Source: Callorhinchus milii
Taxonomy: Eukaryota
Assembly: GCF_018977255.1 (NCBI RefSeq)
Contig: NW_024704742.1
Span: 63,924,001 to 63,988,000 of the forward strand
Reading direction: 5' to 3'
DNA length: 64,000 nt
The stretch's first letter is position 1, and each line of letters opens with the position of its first letter. Positions 37,501 through 50,400 of the stretch are shown piece after piece. The notes beneath the pieces were generated by a model. That model had not been told where the DNA came from. It saw nothing but the letters and a program-made list of their open reading frames with translations, and ran no database searches. A program made the translations under genes and the position numbers.

Positions 37501-40122
37501 ATCTATTTATATATCAGATCATTGTGTGAGCAGGGAGATGTGCCTCAACAATGCATCAACAGCGATAATAGGTGAATGATCCGAAACACAAAAGGTGATT
37601 CAAGTTGTGTTTTATCTCCATCCTTAAGCAGAGAAATTAGTAAATAAAAAGCCTGTTTAGTTCACTGTCTGCTAACAATCAGTACAATTCAACCTCGTAA
37701 GTAGCAATACAAATGTACAACACAAACAGGTAAATTGTAATTGGCAGCAAATCTGTGAAGCTTGGTGCCCATTTCAATAGGTTGTGGTTAAATATTAAAA
37801 TACAGTATTCAGACTGAATGGAACAGTCACTGGGGACACAATGGCATTTTTTTCCATGGGTGTGCTAGAGTGTTGGATCAACTCCAGAAGTTAACTCACC
37901 ACTCTGCAAGTCAACACAATGGCAATAGCTGGGCTAGCAGCAAATTACACCACACTGTAGAGAAACTGGTCTGGGCGGCACTGTCACAAATTCAACGCAC
38001 AATTCAGTGGATCTTGCTTTCAACGGACACTAAATGACTTGGCTAGAATAACAACAAACCCAATATCTACTTCAGCGACTTACATTTACATACCATCTTT
38101 CATGTAAAAGAAACATCTGGTGCGGCTTCACAGAATGGGATTAACTGGAAATGAAGTGTTTCACTGACTGTGGCATAAGCATCAATTTGCACTTCTACAG
38201 CATTTTCAAATACAAGAAAGTCTCAAAGTACTTTGTAAAGATAGATTCTCAAGTTGGAGGGAGTTAGAAGGGTTGGGGAGGCAGTGGCCAAAGGCACTGT
38301 TGAAATAACAAATTAGCATAGATTTATGTCATAAATCAAGAAATATTCAGTTACGAAACATTTACTTTGTTTATTTTGGCCACCACTGGTTTAGCGAGTA
38401 GAGAGGGAAGGGGAAGGCAGAAGGATTTGGGGAAAGAGTTGCGGAGAGTGGAGACAAAGTGGCTAAAAGCTCACACATTGATGGTGTGGCGAGTGGGTGG
38501 AGGAGGCATATAGCAGGCCAGAGTTGACGGAGCAGAGGGGGTGGGTTGAAGAAAATCACTTCATGCCCTGGCACCTCCCTACCTCTCCAACCTGCTCACA
38601 CCCTGTTCCTCCACCTGCCCCCTTTTCTCAGCCAGCTCAGGCCTTTTGCACGCCCCTTGTCCCCTCTATTCCACCATTGACTGCCAAGCTTTCAGCCACT
38701 ACTCCCGAATCGCTGGAGTTCCCTACCTCAATCCCTTCACCTTGTCCAGATCATTCCTGAAGACTTTCCTCTTCAACCTTGCCTGTGCTCACCTCTCTTT
38801 TCTCCTCGACTTGGCGTCAAACTACACCAGTGTTAAGTGGTCCGAGATTCTACCCTGTGTGAAGGGCGCTGTATAAATGCAAGTTGTTGTCATATAAAAG
38901 TTATACAAAACCAAGAGGTTATTGGGCACCGGTGAGCAGAGAGGGGACTGGGTTAGAGTGTAAGCACTCATATGCAGTACTGAAACAGAGCAATGGTGCT
39001 ATTTGACATGGTACCTTTAGTACAATGAATGGGCCATTGATTTGACAACAATTGAGTGGACTGAAAAAGAAACAGTAAATACATGGCAAGAAAATAGGAT
39101 ATTTTGGGAACTAATCCAACACGTATTAGCCTGGTTCAATTTGTAGCTCCGAGTACGAAGATTGTGGACTCAAGCTCTGCCGCCGGGACTTTGAAATATA
39201 GTCTAGGCCGACACCGCAGTGCAGTGCTGGGGAAGCACTGGTGAGACATTACAACCAAGTCTGCCAGTTCAGGGTATACGTTAAAGTTCGCAGAGTGCCA
39301 TTCAAAAAAAGAACAACAACAACTTGCACTTATATAGCGCCCTCTACGCAGCGTAGCATCTCAGAGTGCTTAAGAGAGTTTTGTCTGGTGTCCTGGCCAA
39401 CAGCCCTCCAAATAAACTGAGGGTTTATTTGGAAGGTGTTGGCCATAGCACTGGACGAAACTGAAACATTTCAACAACTTAATAAGGTACTATATCAAGT
39501 ACAAGGATTATTATTAATAACAAGAGGGATGATTGTTATAAATTTGGCACATTCGTGCAGGGCTTATTTGAAAGTGTTTGTTTGATGCTTATGATGGCTA
39601 CACTCCAGTGAAAGGAAATACCCAGTGGATTTGACCATTAGGGGGATGTTTACAAAGACTCCTGGTTTCTTGGTGACAAGAAACAATTAGCCTACTGCTC
39701 AGCCCTACCATGCTCTGCAATCTGCTTGCAATCTTTGCCTGAGAATGTCAACAAAAGGCCACGGTCCTGCTCATAAATCTGAAAGGACTTTTGACCTACC
39801 CAGTTATATTCCCGTCACTTTACCTTCTAAATTCTAAAAGGGAGGCCTCAGGGAGTCAAGATGTTGGTTTCAGGCAGACTGGCAAGCCAAAACAGTGAGC
39901 TTTACACCGTGGCTGTAGCTCAGTGTAACAAGAGGCCTTCTGTGACCACCAGAGACAGGCCTTCCTGGCCAGAGGCAATAAAGTGTGGGGCGCGGGGGAG
40001 AGGATCCCAGTCTGTTCAGCTGGATGTTAAAGATCCCATGGCATGATTTGAAGAGAAAAGGGAGAATCTCCCAATGTCCGAGACAGCAGTCCTACAGATA
40101 CAATTGGTCATTCACTTTGTGG

Positions 40123-40622
40123 CAACAACAACAAAGTTACATTTGTAAAGCGCTTTTCACGTCGGGAGGATATCCCAAGTTGCTGGACAGACAGAGTTTT
40201 GGACCCGAGCTGGGGGTCGGAATTGGGGAGGGTGGAGGGCAGAACGTGAAGCAGGGTGATCGAAAGAATGGGTTTTGAAGGAGGCAAGGGAGGAGGCGAG
40301 GTGGAGAGACTGCGGGATGGAATTCCAGAGGGTGGGGGCAGTGTGGCAGAAGGGGCAAGTGAGGCGGGGACGGGAAGTAGGCCGGAGCCCGCTGAGTGGA
40401 GGGAGCGAGCAGGATGGTAGGGGTTTAGGAGGTAGCAGAGGTTATGGGGGAGAAAGACCATGGAGGGCTTTGAAGGTGAGGACCAGGATCTTGAACTGTA
40501 TCCTCTGTGTGATGGGAAGCCAGTGGATTCGGGCAAGGATGGGGGTGATAGGGTCATGGAGCCTGGTGCGGGAGAGGACACGAGCTGCAGAGTTCTGGAT
40601 GATCTGCAACCTATGGAGGGAC
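40123..40622 (-). mobile_element. L2 LINE 3' fragment
   Basis: [51 protein letters not shown]. Confidence 0.92.
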
Positions 40623-40890
40623 AGCAATTTCAGTTTTGAAGCAATTTGAAAAGGTTTGACGGTATGGGTTCTATCGATTGCAAAATAATTGACCTCACTG
40701 CCATGTCCTGTTAACGTCCATCTCTTACCATCAACATTTCTGTAGTTTTACATTGTTGGTGATCAATGGATTTTGCTTCAATGTTGGAGACATTCCCTGG
40801 AACTCATACCTGAATCCCTCTGACTTGCCCCTCCTGATCTTCAAATATAAAGGTAACTTGCCCTCTCCTGCCCCACTGAATAAATGTAAA

Positions 40891-41200
40891 TTAATCCTTG
40901 CATTTGATATAGTGCTTTTCACATCTTCTAGGCATCTCAAAGCGCTTCACAGAATATATTGTAAAGTGAACCTACTTTACATTTGTGGGCGAAACACGGC
41001 AGCCAATTGCACCCAGCAGTGTCCCACAAACAGTCGTGGATTGAAGTGACCAATTTATTATTGTTTTTTATTCTTTCTTGAGGGATTATTATAAGGCATG
41101 TGGAGTAAGGAACTTGCCCAAGGTATTGCCCTGCTGGGAATCAAACCCATGTATCTCGCTTGCGAGGCACGTGCTCTAACCACTGAGCTACAGGACTCCA
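40891..41200 (-). mobile_element. SINE family A, short variant
   Basis: Head, body and tail all present. Confidence 0.92.
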
Positions 41201-41236
41201 TGCCCTTGTTAACCTCCATCTCAAATTGTAGTGTAT

Positions 41237-41567
41237 TAATAATAATAATAATCCTTCATTTGATATAGCGCTTTTCACGTCAGGAGGACGTCCCAAAGCG
41301 CTTCACAGAACACACTGTAAAGTGAATTGACTGTATATTTGTGGGCGAACGCGGCAGCCAATTGCGCACAGCAATGTCCCACAAACAGTCATGGATTGAA
41401 AATGACCAATTTATTATTGTTTTTGGTTTTTTTTTTTTTTTTTTGGAGGGATTATTATTAGGCGTGTGGAGTAAGGAAAATTGCCCAAGGTTTCGCCCTG
41501 CCTGGAATTGAACTCAGGTCTCTAGCTTGCAAAGCGAGTGCTCAACCACTGAGCTACAGGACTCCAC
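41237..41567 (-). mobile_element. SINE family A, young short variant
   Basis: Near-identical to 13318-13639. Confidence 0.95.
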
Positions 41568-41983
41568 GAATTGAAGTGTAAAGTCCCAGGCTTGAAACTG
41601 AGGTTAAGGCTCATAACCTCAAAACAACTGGAAAGGTGTGGATGAGTGATTTTAATTCTATATTCACACACAAAAAAGCCAGAATCTTTGTACAGTTCAC
41701 TCTGGCACCAGATCTCTGTCTACTGGAATAATAACAATAATAATTATAATAATAAATAATAATTATAATTACTAATATTGTAAGTAACACTAGCCATTGT
41801 AGTTTTATACAACCTAATAATGTCAACAACAACCTGCATTTGCATAGTGCCCCTCATGCGGGTAGCATCTCAGAGCGCTCAACAGTGCGGTGGCTTGACG
41901 CTGAGCTAGAAAGGGAGGGAAGGTGACCGAAGGCATGGTCAAAGAGGAAAGTCTTCAGATGTGATTTGAAGATGAACAAATAC

Positions 41984-42044
41984 GAGGCAAGACAGAGGGA
42001 TTGAGGCAAGACAGAGGGATTGAGGCAAGACAGAGGGATTGAGG
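41984..42044. repeat. 19-bp tandem repeat x3 inside an L2 fragment
   Basis: gaggcaagacagagggatt repeated three times. Confidence 0.95.
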
Positions 42045-42232
42045 AGAGCAGTTCCAGAGATTCGGGGTGTAGTGGCTGACCGCACGCTCATTGTAGAGCA
42101 GAGGGAATGAGGAATGTGCAGACGACCCGAGCCAGCTGACCATGTCAGTACTGAACCTATAGTAATTTAGACATCACCACCCAATGGCCAGAATTAGGTA
42201 ATGTAGTGAAAACAATGCAGTCTGTATATAGA

Positions 42233-42515
42233 ATAATAATCCTTACACTTAATATAGTGCCTTATCACGTGATTGATACATCTCAAAGCACTTCATTGAC
42301 TGTATATTTTGTGGGTGAAACACGGCAACTAATTGCGTACAGCAGGGACCTACAAACATTCATGGACGGAGCATCCAATTTTTTTTATATATAGAGGGAT
42401 TATTACCCTCGCCAATCGACCAACACTGAGTTCCCACTCACCGCTGGGTATGCAGAGGCGTGTGGAGTAAGGAAACTTGTCCAACGTTCCACCCTCCTCG
42501 GGAATCAAACCCGAG
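42233..42515 (-). mobile_element. SINE family A, long variant, degenerate
   Basis: gtgtggagtaaggaaacttg and ccaatcgac segment. Confidence 0.75.
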
Positions 42516-43519
42516 TTTCTCTTGGTGTCCTGGGATTTGTTGGCCAGAAGGGAGAGAGAGAAAAACTCCCATCTCTTTTCTTAGAATAGTGCCCTGAAAT
42601 CTTTAATGTTCACCTGAACAAGTGGATGGACGGTGAGCTCGGTTTAATGTCTCATCCGAAGGATAGAACAATGAAAACTAGATTACTACGTTTAAAACAA
42701 AATCACTTGCACATAAAAACAAAAAGCAATAAGCACACTGTGAACTTTGTAGTTCACTGCTCTGAATGATGCTTGTAAATCACCTGCCTGTACAATCCCA
42801 ATACATCCTTTTTGCTTCTCTTGGATAAAATGTTAATCGCTTATTCCAATTTACTAGACTTTAAGTGATTCAACAAGTTTTCACACCTTTTCAAACCTGT
42901 GGGAGTAATAGTTCCAGACAGCCTATGGCAATTCTAATGCGATTTCCCACTCATTGTTATGTAATAATAATAAAAATTATATGAGTACAGTAAAACTTGC
43001 ATACATCTGATCTGTATAAATCGTACATCTACCCAAGTCCCACCCAAGAGCCCATATTGAATACAAGTTTGACACAACTCATACCCCAAAGAAGTCATAT
43101 TGATTGTCTGGTCCCAACTGATACAATCCATGTAAGATCCACTGTATTACTATTACATAGTGTAGTTCTGAAGTTGGGTCTAACAATGAGGTACATTATG
43201 CACCATGAGTAAATCATATGTAGGCCCACATAAATGTGTATTGTGTCATGTACATGCAATTTTGTATTTTTTGCAACATGTGCAAGCCATATGTAAAAAC
43301 CGAATTACAGATGCTCTTCACTATGGAATTAATACCCAGCAAAAGGGATAGGTTGTTAATTGCATAATTAAGAAAACTTGTAATTATCTGCATTTGCACA
43401 TAGTTTGCATATGGTGGATAATAGACCCTAACATTATGTTGCTCAGTGCACTATTCTTGGAATCTTACTTAACTCTTTTCAAGGCCAGTGTGAATACTGC
43501 TTTCTCTGCATCACGGTGT

Positions 43520-44170
43520 CAAAACTGTGTGAGGCAGCAATGAATAAGGCAAATAGGATGCTGGGCTATATCACTAAATCAATTGAGTTTAGATCGCCAG
43601 ATGTCATACTCAGGCTGAGCAATGGTCTGGTCAAGCTACAATTGCACACAGTTATGACCACGTTGTGAAGTTCTGTAACTCAGTGGTCCCTTGCAAGCGA
43701 GAGACATGGGTTTGATTCCCAGCAGGGCAAAACCTTGGGCAAGTTTCTTTACTCCACTCGCCTGATAATAATCCCTCAAGAAAAAGAAACAACAATAATA
43801 AATCACTTCAATCCATAACTGTTTGCGGGACACTGCTGAGCTCAATTGGCTGCCGCGTTTCACCCACAAGTTTACAATCAATTTACTTTACAGTATATTC
43901 TGTGAAGTGCTTTGAGACGTGTTGAAGATGTGAAAAAGCTCTATATCAAATGCAAGGATTATTGTATTATTATATTGCTGTGTGAGCAATATTGCATATG
44001 GTGAGCAATGATTAGACTAGCTAGGACTTGTCAAACCTGAAGGGAGATGTTTCAGAGAAGAGGGCTATGCAACTTTAAAATGGGATTGCAAAAGTGATTC
44101 CAGAACAATAGTTTTGGATGAACCAAGACAGTAGAATAAGGTTCAGTATTACAAAGGGCAATTTTAGGAC
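43520..44170 (+). mobile_element. Old CR1 fragment interrupted by SINE family A (43667-43972)
   Basis: KANRMLGYI motif (aaggcaaataggatgctgggctatatc); SINE head and tail. Confidence 0.75.
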
Positions 44171-44568
44171 ACACATTGAAGTATATCTCTAGTTGTTTGT
44201 TTACTCAGCAGATAAAGGTTACCAGTAAGGGGAGTTGAAGCCAGGATGCTCGTCTTATCTAAAAAATGTTCGAATGGGATGACGATACTGCAGAAGTTCT
44301 GGAAGATGAAATCTAATCCCCAAAGGATCCAAATCGCTCTTGCGTGCTTGTGATCTGCACTAGGATCTGCAATTACTATAATAATATAATAATCCTTGCA
44401 TTTGATATAGCTCCTTATCACATAGTTGAGATGTCTCAAAGTGCTTCACAGAATACACTGTAAAGTGAATTGTTTGTATATTTTGTGATTATTTTGTGGG
44501 CAAAACATGTATGGCAAAATGTGTACTCTCATTACTTGCATCCTTGCTAAGCTCCTCTGGCACCCCAG

Positions 44569-45038
44569 AACAACAACAACAAGATTTCATTTATAGAGTG
44601 TCTTTCACGTCGGGAGGACGTCCCAAGGTGCTGGACAGTTGGGTCAGGACCCGAGCAGGGGGGAAATGGTCAGGGTGAGGGGAGGGAGGGGAGGGAAGGG
44701 AGGGAGCGAGGAGGGGGTAGAGGGTCGAGAGGGGAGATGAAGGCATGGTCAAAGAGAAAGGTCTTGAGACTGGCCTTGAAGGAGGAAAGGGAGGAAGCGG
44801 CGAAGGCACTGGGGGATGGAGTTCCAGAGCCTCGGGGCTGAGAGGCTGAAGGCCCGGCCACCGATGGTAGGGCGGTTGGGGCGGGGGATGTGGAGCAGAC
44901 CGGAGCCAGAGGAACGGAGGGTATGGGCAGGTAAGTAGGGGGATAGTAGGTCAGAGAGATAGGAGGGAGCAAGGCCGTGAATGGCCTTGTAGGTGAGGAT
45001 GAGGATCTTGAATTCGAGGTGAGGATGAGGATCTTGAA
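44569..45038 (-). mobile_element. Young L2 3' fragment
   Basis: Near-identical to 47891-48388 and 50015-50400. Confidence 0.93.
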
Positions 45039-45651
45039 AACCTCAGACGATAGACTTTAAAATCTTTGTCCAGACTTTCCTGACTCGTAAGCCAGAAATT
45101 CCATTCAGCATAACAGCACTCCTGCAGGGTCACTTTACAATATTTTCCTGTGGATGCAGACAGGACTTAAAATCAAACTTGTCTTACTTGGGCCATCCCT
45201 TACATATAAAGTCTCATTTACACCAAGAATTGCAATGCTGCACTCCAGGTTACCTCCAAGATTGGAATAAACTACTTTAATGGGAAATGACAGTAGAACT
45301 GTCCATAGTAGCTTAAGTGAACTCACTAGGGAGGACAGGGCTGTCTTTAATATCCTCTGCATTGGCAGCATTCTCTTTATTTGTTAACACTAGTTGAAAG
45401 AACATGGACAATATCAATGCCACATGATTTGGAGGGTTTACAGGATTTTGTGTTCAGTGTGTTGTCAATTAGCTAATTGCAGCAATTTGTTCCTGCTCTA
45501 CAATTGTAACTGACCTCACAGTCCCTCAGCTCTGACAACGGCCAAAAACAGGACTTAACCCTGACAATAAAGTGCATCTGAAACAATTGGCAAAAATTGC
45601 TGGCAGAGCGAGCTGAGATGGAGCTGCAGCTGGCTTTACATTGACGACGGT

Positions 45652-45975
45652 AATAATAATATAATGATAGCAATCCTTGCATTTAATAAAGCGCTTTTCA
45701 CATCTTCTAGATGTCTCAAAGTGCTTCACAGAATAGACTGTAAAGTGAATTGACTGTATATTTGTAGGCGAAATGCGGCAGCCAATTGCGCTCAGCAACG
45801 TCCCACAAACAGTCATGGATTGAAGTGATCAATTTATTATTGTTTTTTTTCTTGAGGGATTATTATCAGGCGTGTGGAGTAAGGAAACTTGCCCAAGGTT
45901 TCACCCTGCCGGGAATCGAACCCAGGTCTCTTGCTTGCAAAGCGAGTGCTCTAACCACTGAGCAACAGAACTCCA
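45652..45975 (-). mobile_element. SINE family A, short variant
   Basis: Head, body and tail all present. Confidence 0.92.
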
Positions 45976-45992
45976 CTTCAAAATAAACAAAA

Positions 45993-46201
45993 AATAATCC
46001 CTTCAAAAAAATTAATAATAATAATATGGTCACTCAATCCATGACTGTTTGTGGGACACTGCTGTGCACAATTGGCTGCCACATTTTACCCACAACATAT
46101 ACAGTCAATTCACTTTACAGTATATTCTATGAAGTGCTTTGAGATATCTCAAAGATGTGATAAGGCGCTATATCAAATGCAAGGATTATTATTATTATTA
46201 T
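45993..46201 (+). mobile_element. SINE family A, 3' half
   Basis: ggtcactcaatccatgactgtttgtggg...caaggattattatt. Confidence 0.9.
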
Positions 46202-46529
46202 AAGTGTCAGTTGAACCTTCTAGACACCAGAACTGAATGTGCTAGTAATTAACTAGTTCTGCATCCGCTAGGAAATCTCGGTTGCAAGTCAGGAACTCCA
46301 AGTCATCAACACATGTGAAATTCTCAGCTCTGCTGCCTCTGCTGCTTTTGCTGTGTGTAACTTTGACACGTCGTCAGTCACATTGATATCAATCCAAGTA
46401 TTTTCATGCGAATAATGTCAGTCTGCCCATTTCTTGAGCCAGTAGTTTTAACTTGCTTGTTTTTATATCCAGAAGTTCAGTCTTCCGATTTTATTTTCAT
46501 CAGTAGAGTTAGCCTGACAGTTTTTGCAT

Positions 46530-46995
46530 TAATTGTGTCACCCCCATCCTTGCCTGGATTCACTGGCTCCCTATCCTTCAGAGGATTGAGCTCAAGATCC
46601 TCAGACTCACTTTTACAGCCCTCCACATTCTTGCTCCTCCCTAACTCTGTGACCTACTAAAATGTTACCAACCTGTTCACTCCCTCCGCTCGACAGGCAC
46701 TGGCCTGCTCGATGTTCCCGGCCCTCCCGCTCCACCATCGAATGTCAGGCCTCCAGTCTTTCTACCTCCATAATCTGGAAATTCAACCCAGAGCCCCTCC
46801 GCCTCGACCCCCTTGTCTCCTTCAAGGTCCATCTCAAGACCTTCCTTTTCGTCCATGCTTTTGGTCATCCTCCCACTCCACTTCCTCGCCCTCCACCCTC
46901 AAGTCCAACCCCCAGCTTAGGTGCAAACCCTTCACTGTCCAATGCCTTGGGACACCCTCCCAATGTGAAAGACCCTAGATATGTTGTTGTTGTGT
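46530..46995 (+). mobile_element. L2 3' fragment
   Basis: cactggctccc...caagatcctc; SFKVHLKTFLF; gttgttgttg tail. Confidence 0.85.
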
Positions 46996-47477
46996 CAGTT
47001 GGCCTGTGTGTTTTGACCAATCGTGTCAGACTGTAGTTAACATGAGTAGTATTAAGCCGCATATTATTTTATACTAATAGTGTCAGTCTGCATGAGTTTT
47101 ACAATGAATATTCCCTTCAAAACAATTTTTTTTAAAATAATTTGGTCACACAATCCACGACTGTCTGTGGGATATTGCTGCGCGCAATTGTCTGCCGCAT
47201 TCTGCCCCAAAGTATACAGTCAATTCACTTAACAGTATTTCTGTCAAGTGCCTTGAGACGTCTCAAAGACTTGATAAGCCACTATTTCAAATGTAAAAGG
47301 ATTATTATTAGTATAGTTAAGTTGAATTTGTCACTTTCAGAAGATACAGAAAGATTCTGAAATTCATGGTCATCTCACTATGGGTGTCTCCTGGAGCTCT
47401 CATCTTTGATCAAGGCGGGTTCAGTGCTGGTGATGGGTCTCCATTCCAGTCAATCAGACAGTAGGAGCATCACTGGT

Positions 47478-47878
47478 ATCATAGAATCATAGAATCTCAC
47501 AGCACAGAAAGAGGCCATTCAGCCCATTGTGCCTGTGCCGGCCCTTTGAAAGAACTACCAATTAGTCCCACTCCCTCCTGTTTCCCCATAGCCCTGCAAT
47601 TTTTTTTCTTTTCAAGTATATATCCAATTGCCTTTTGAAATTTATTATTGAATCTGCTTCCACCACCCTTCCAGGCAGTGCATTCCAGACTGTAACAACG
47701 CGCTGCAAAAAATAATTCTCTTCATCTCCCCTCTGGTTCTTTGCCAAATTATTTTGAATCTGTGTCCTCTGATTATCAACCCACTGGCCAGTGGAAACAG
47801 TTTCTCCTTATTTACTCTATCAAAACCCCTGAATAATTTTGAATACCTCTATTAAATCTCCCCTTAAGCTTCTGTGGC
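47478..47878 (-). mobile_element. CR1 LINE 3' end
   Basis: QRVVTVWNALPGRVVEADSI motif; (ATTCTATG)n octamer tail. Confidence 0.92.
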
Positions 47879-47890
47879 TAGAAGAACAAT

Positions 47891-48388
47891 CAACAACAAC
47901 AACAACAACAAGATTCCATTTATAGAGCGCCTTTCACGTCAGGAGGACGTCCCAAGGCGCTGCACAGTTGGGTCATGACCCGAGCAGGGGGGGAAATGGT
48001 CAGGGTGAGGGGAGGGAAGGGAGGGAGAGAGGAGGGGGAAATGGTCAGGGTGAGGGGAGGGAAGGGAGGGAGCGAGGAGGGGGAAGAGAGTCGAGAGGGG
48101 AGCTGAAGGCACGGTCAAAGAGAAAGGTTTTGAGACCGGCCTTGAAGGAGGAAAGGGAGGAAGCAAGGCGAAGGCACTGGGGGATGGAGTTCCAGAGCCT
48201 GGGGGCTGAGAGGCTGAAGGCCCGACCACCGATAGTAGGGCGGTTGGGGCGGGGGACGTGGAGCAGACCGGAGCCAGAGGAACGGAGGGTACGGGCAGGT
48301 AGGTAGGGGGATAGTAGGTTGGAGAGGTAGGAGGGAGCAAGGCCGTGAATGGCCTTGTAGGTGAGGATGAGGATCTTGAAATCAATCC
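47891..48388 (-). mobile_element. Young L2 3' fragment with an internal 45-bp tandem duplication (about 47989-48085)
   Basis: [23 protein letters not shown]...IGGRAFSLSAPRLWNSIP. Confidence 0.95.
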
Positions 48389-49195
48389 CAATTTCTCTAG
48401 TCTCAACAACAACAAAAATCTCCTTTGCACCCATTTCACACCACTGTTTTTCCAATTGAACCAGGCAGACACACGATATGCCTCTTTTGCAAGCATCTGT
48501 CCCTTTTGAAAGAATCTGTGCACTCTGCTTCAACAGCGGTTTATGAATTCCACATTTCAACAGATGCCTTCACTTTATTACTTGTTACAATTTCTCTCTG
48601 AGTGGAAAAATGGATTTTTAAAACAGAGCTCCATTTTACAAACACACTTAGACAAGAAACTGCTGGTCAGAACATTTTACAGGAATAAATATTACATTGA
48701 TTTCTGGCAGTTGTTGTGTGACTAGCATTGATCACAAATATTGGCCATGTAGTTACACATTCTAATGGTTTATTAAAATACTTCATTTTGAAGCAGAATG
48801 GGTTTTACAGACACAGTGAAAAATGTTCACCTGAAATTCCTACTAAAATCCTACTGTTAAATATTAGTAGTATAGTACAGGGTTTCTAACCCTTTCCAGC
48901 TAGCCTTTATGGCTAACCTTGTTCCTTTTGGAAAGCATCTAAACTGTTTGGGTACCTGAAACAAGTGGAGTGTGGGTTTTGTCCTTTGGATGAGACGTCA
49001 AACCGAGGTCATATCTATCTGTTCAAGTGGATGTTAAAGATCCCATGGCACTATTCGAAAAGAGAAGGGAGTATTTCCCAGTGTCCTGGCCAACAAATCC
49101 CACAAATAAAAATTGGTCACTCAATCGTTGTGCACAATTGGCTGCTGTGTTTCATTCACAAAATTCGCACAGCTACCGGATCAACTATTTTCTTT

Positions 49196-50400
49196 GGGAG
49201 AGACAACTTTCTTCAGCTCAACGTGCGCAAAACTGAGGCCCTCCTGATTGGTTCGCGTCAGTGCCTCCGCACCTCAGGCGCTGACAGCATCAGCATCCAA
49301 GGCTGCACTCTCCACCTCTCAAAATCGCTCAGGAACCTCGGCGTTCTGTTCGACCCTGAGCTGTCCTTTCTCCCTCATATCCGCGCCACAACTGGCACCA
49401 CCACCTCCGGAATATCGCCAGACTACGGCACTACCTCACCCCTCACGCTGCTGAAACTCTGGTCCACGCCTTTATCACCTCAAGGCTGGACTACGGGAAC
49501 TCTCTCCACGTCGGCCTTCCCGGCACCTCCCTCCACACTGCAGGTCATTCAGAACTCTGCAGCTCGTGTACTGTCCCGCACCAGGCTTCGCGACCACATC
49601 ACTCCCACCCTCGCTCGCCTCCACTGGCTCCCCATCCCCCAGAGGATCGAATTCAAGATCCTCATCCTCACCTACAAGGCCATTCAGTGGAGTCCTGTAG
49701 CTCAGTGGTTAGAGCACTCGCTTTGCAAGCGAGAGACCTGAGTTCAATTCCAGGCAGGTCAGGGCGAAACCTTGGGCAAGTTTCCTTACTCCACACAGAG
49801 CCTAATAATAATCCCTCCAAAACCAAAAACAATAATAAATTGGTCATTTTCAATCTACGACTGTTTGTGGGACATTGTTGTGCGCAATTGGCTGCCACGT
49901 TCGCCCACAAATATACAGTCAATTCACTCTACAGTGTGTTCTGTGAAGTGCTTTGGGACGTCCTCCCGACGTGAAAAGCGCTATATCAAATGCAAGGAAT
50001 ATTATTATTATTTATTGCTCCCTCCTACCTCTCCGACCTACTATCCCCCTGCTTACCTGCCCGTACCTCCGTTCCTCTGGCTCCGGTCTGCTATACATCC
50101 CCCGCCCTAACCGCCCTACCATCGGTGGCCGGGCTTTCAGCCTCTCAGCCCCGAGGCTCTGGAACTCCATCCCCCAGTGCCTTCGCCGCCTCCTCCCTTT
50201 CCTCCTTCAAGGCTGATCTCAAGACCTTTCTCTTCAACTGTGCCTTCACTCTCGACTCTCTAACCCCTCCTCGCTCCCTCCCTTCCCTCCCCTCACCCTG
50301 ACCATTTCCCCCCTGCTCGGGTCCCGACCCAACTGTCCAGCCTTGGGACATCCTCCCGACGTGAAAGGCGCTCTATAAATGCAATCTTGTTGTTGTTGTT
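49196..50400 (+). mobile_element. Young L2 (RT C-terminus to tail) interrupted by SINE family A
   Basis: NFLQLNVRKTE, LRNLGVLFD and QNSAARVL...[14 protein letters not shown] motifs; (TTG)n tail. Confidence 0.95.
49687..50014 (+). mobile_element. SINE family A, young full-length
   Basis: Head with ctcgc-tttgcaa-gcgag anticodon-like arm (TGC); (TAT)n tail. Confidence 0.95.

Noticed and set aside
48965..49741. 258-aa ORF
   Set aside because: Chance read-through of a DeuSINE, an L2 RT fragment with an out-of-frame middle, and a SINE head; not a gene
49687..49760. tRNA-Ala-like sequence, also at the other family A heads
   Set aside because: SINE head continuous with SINE body and tail; acceptor stem not intact
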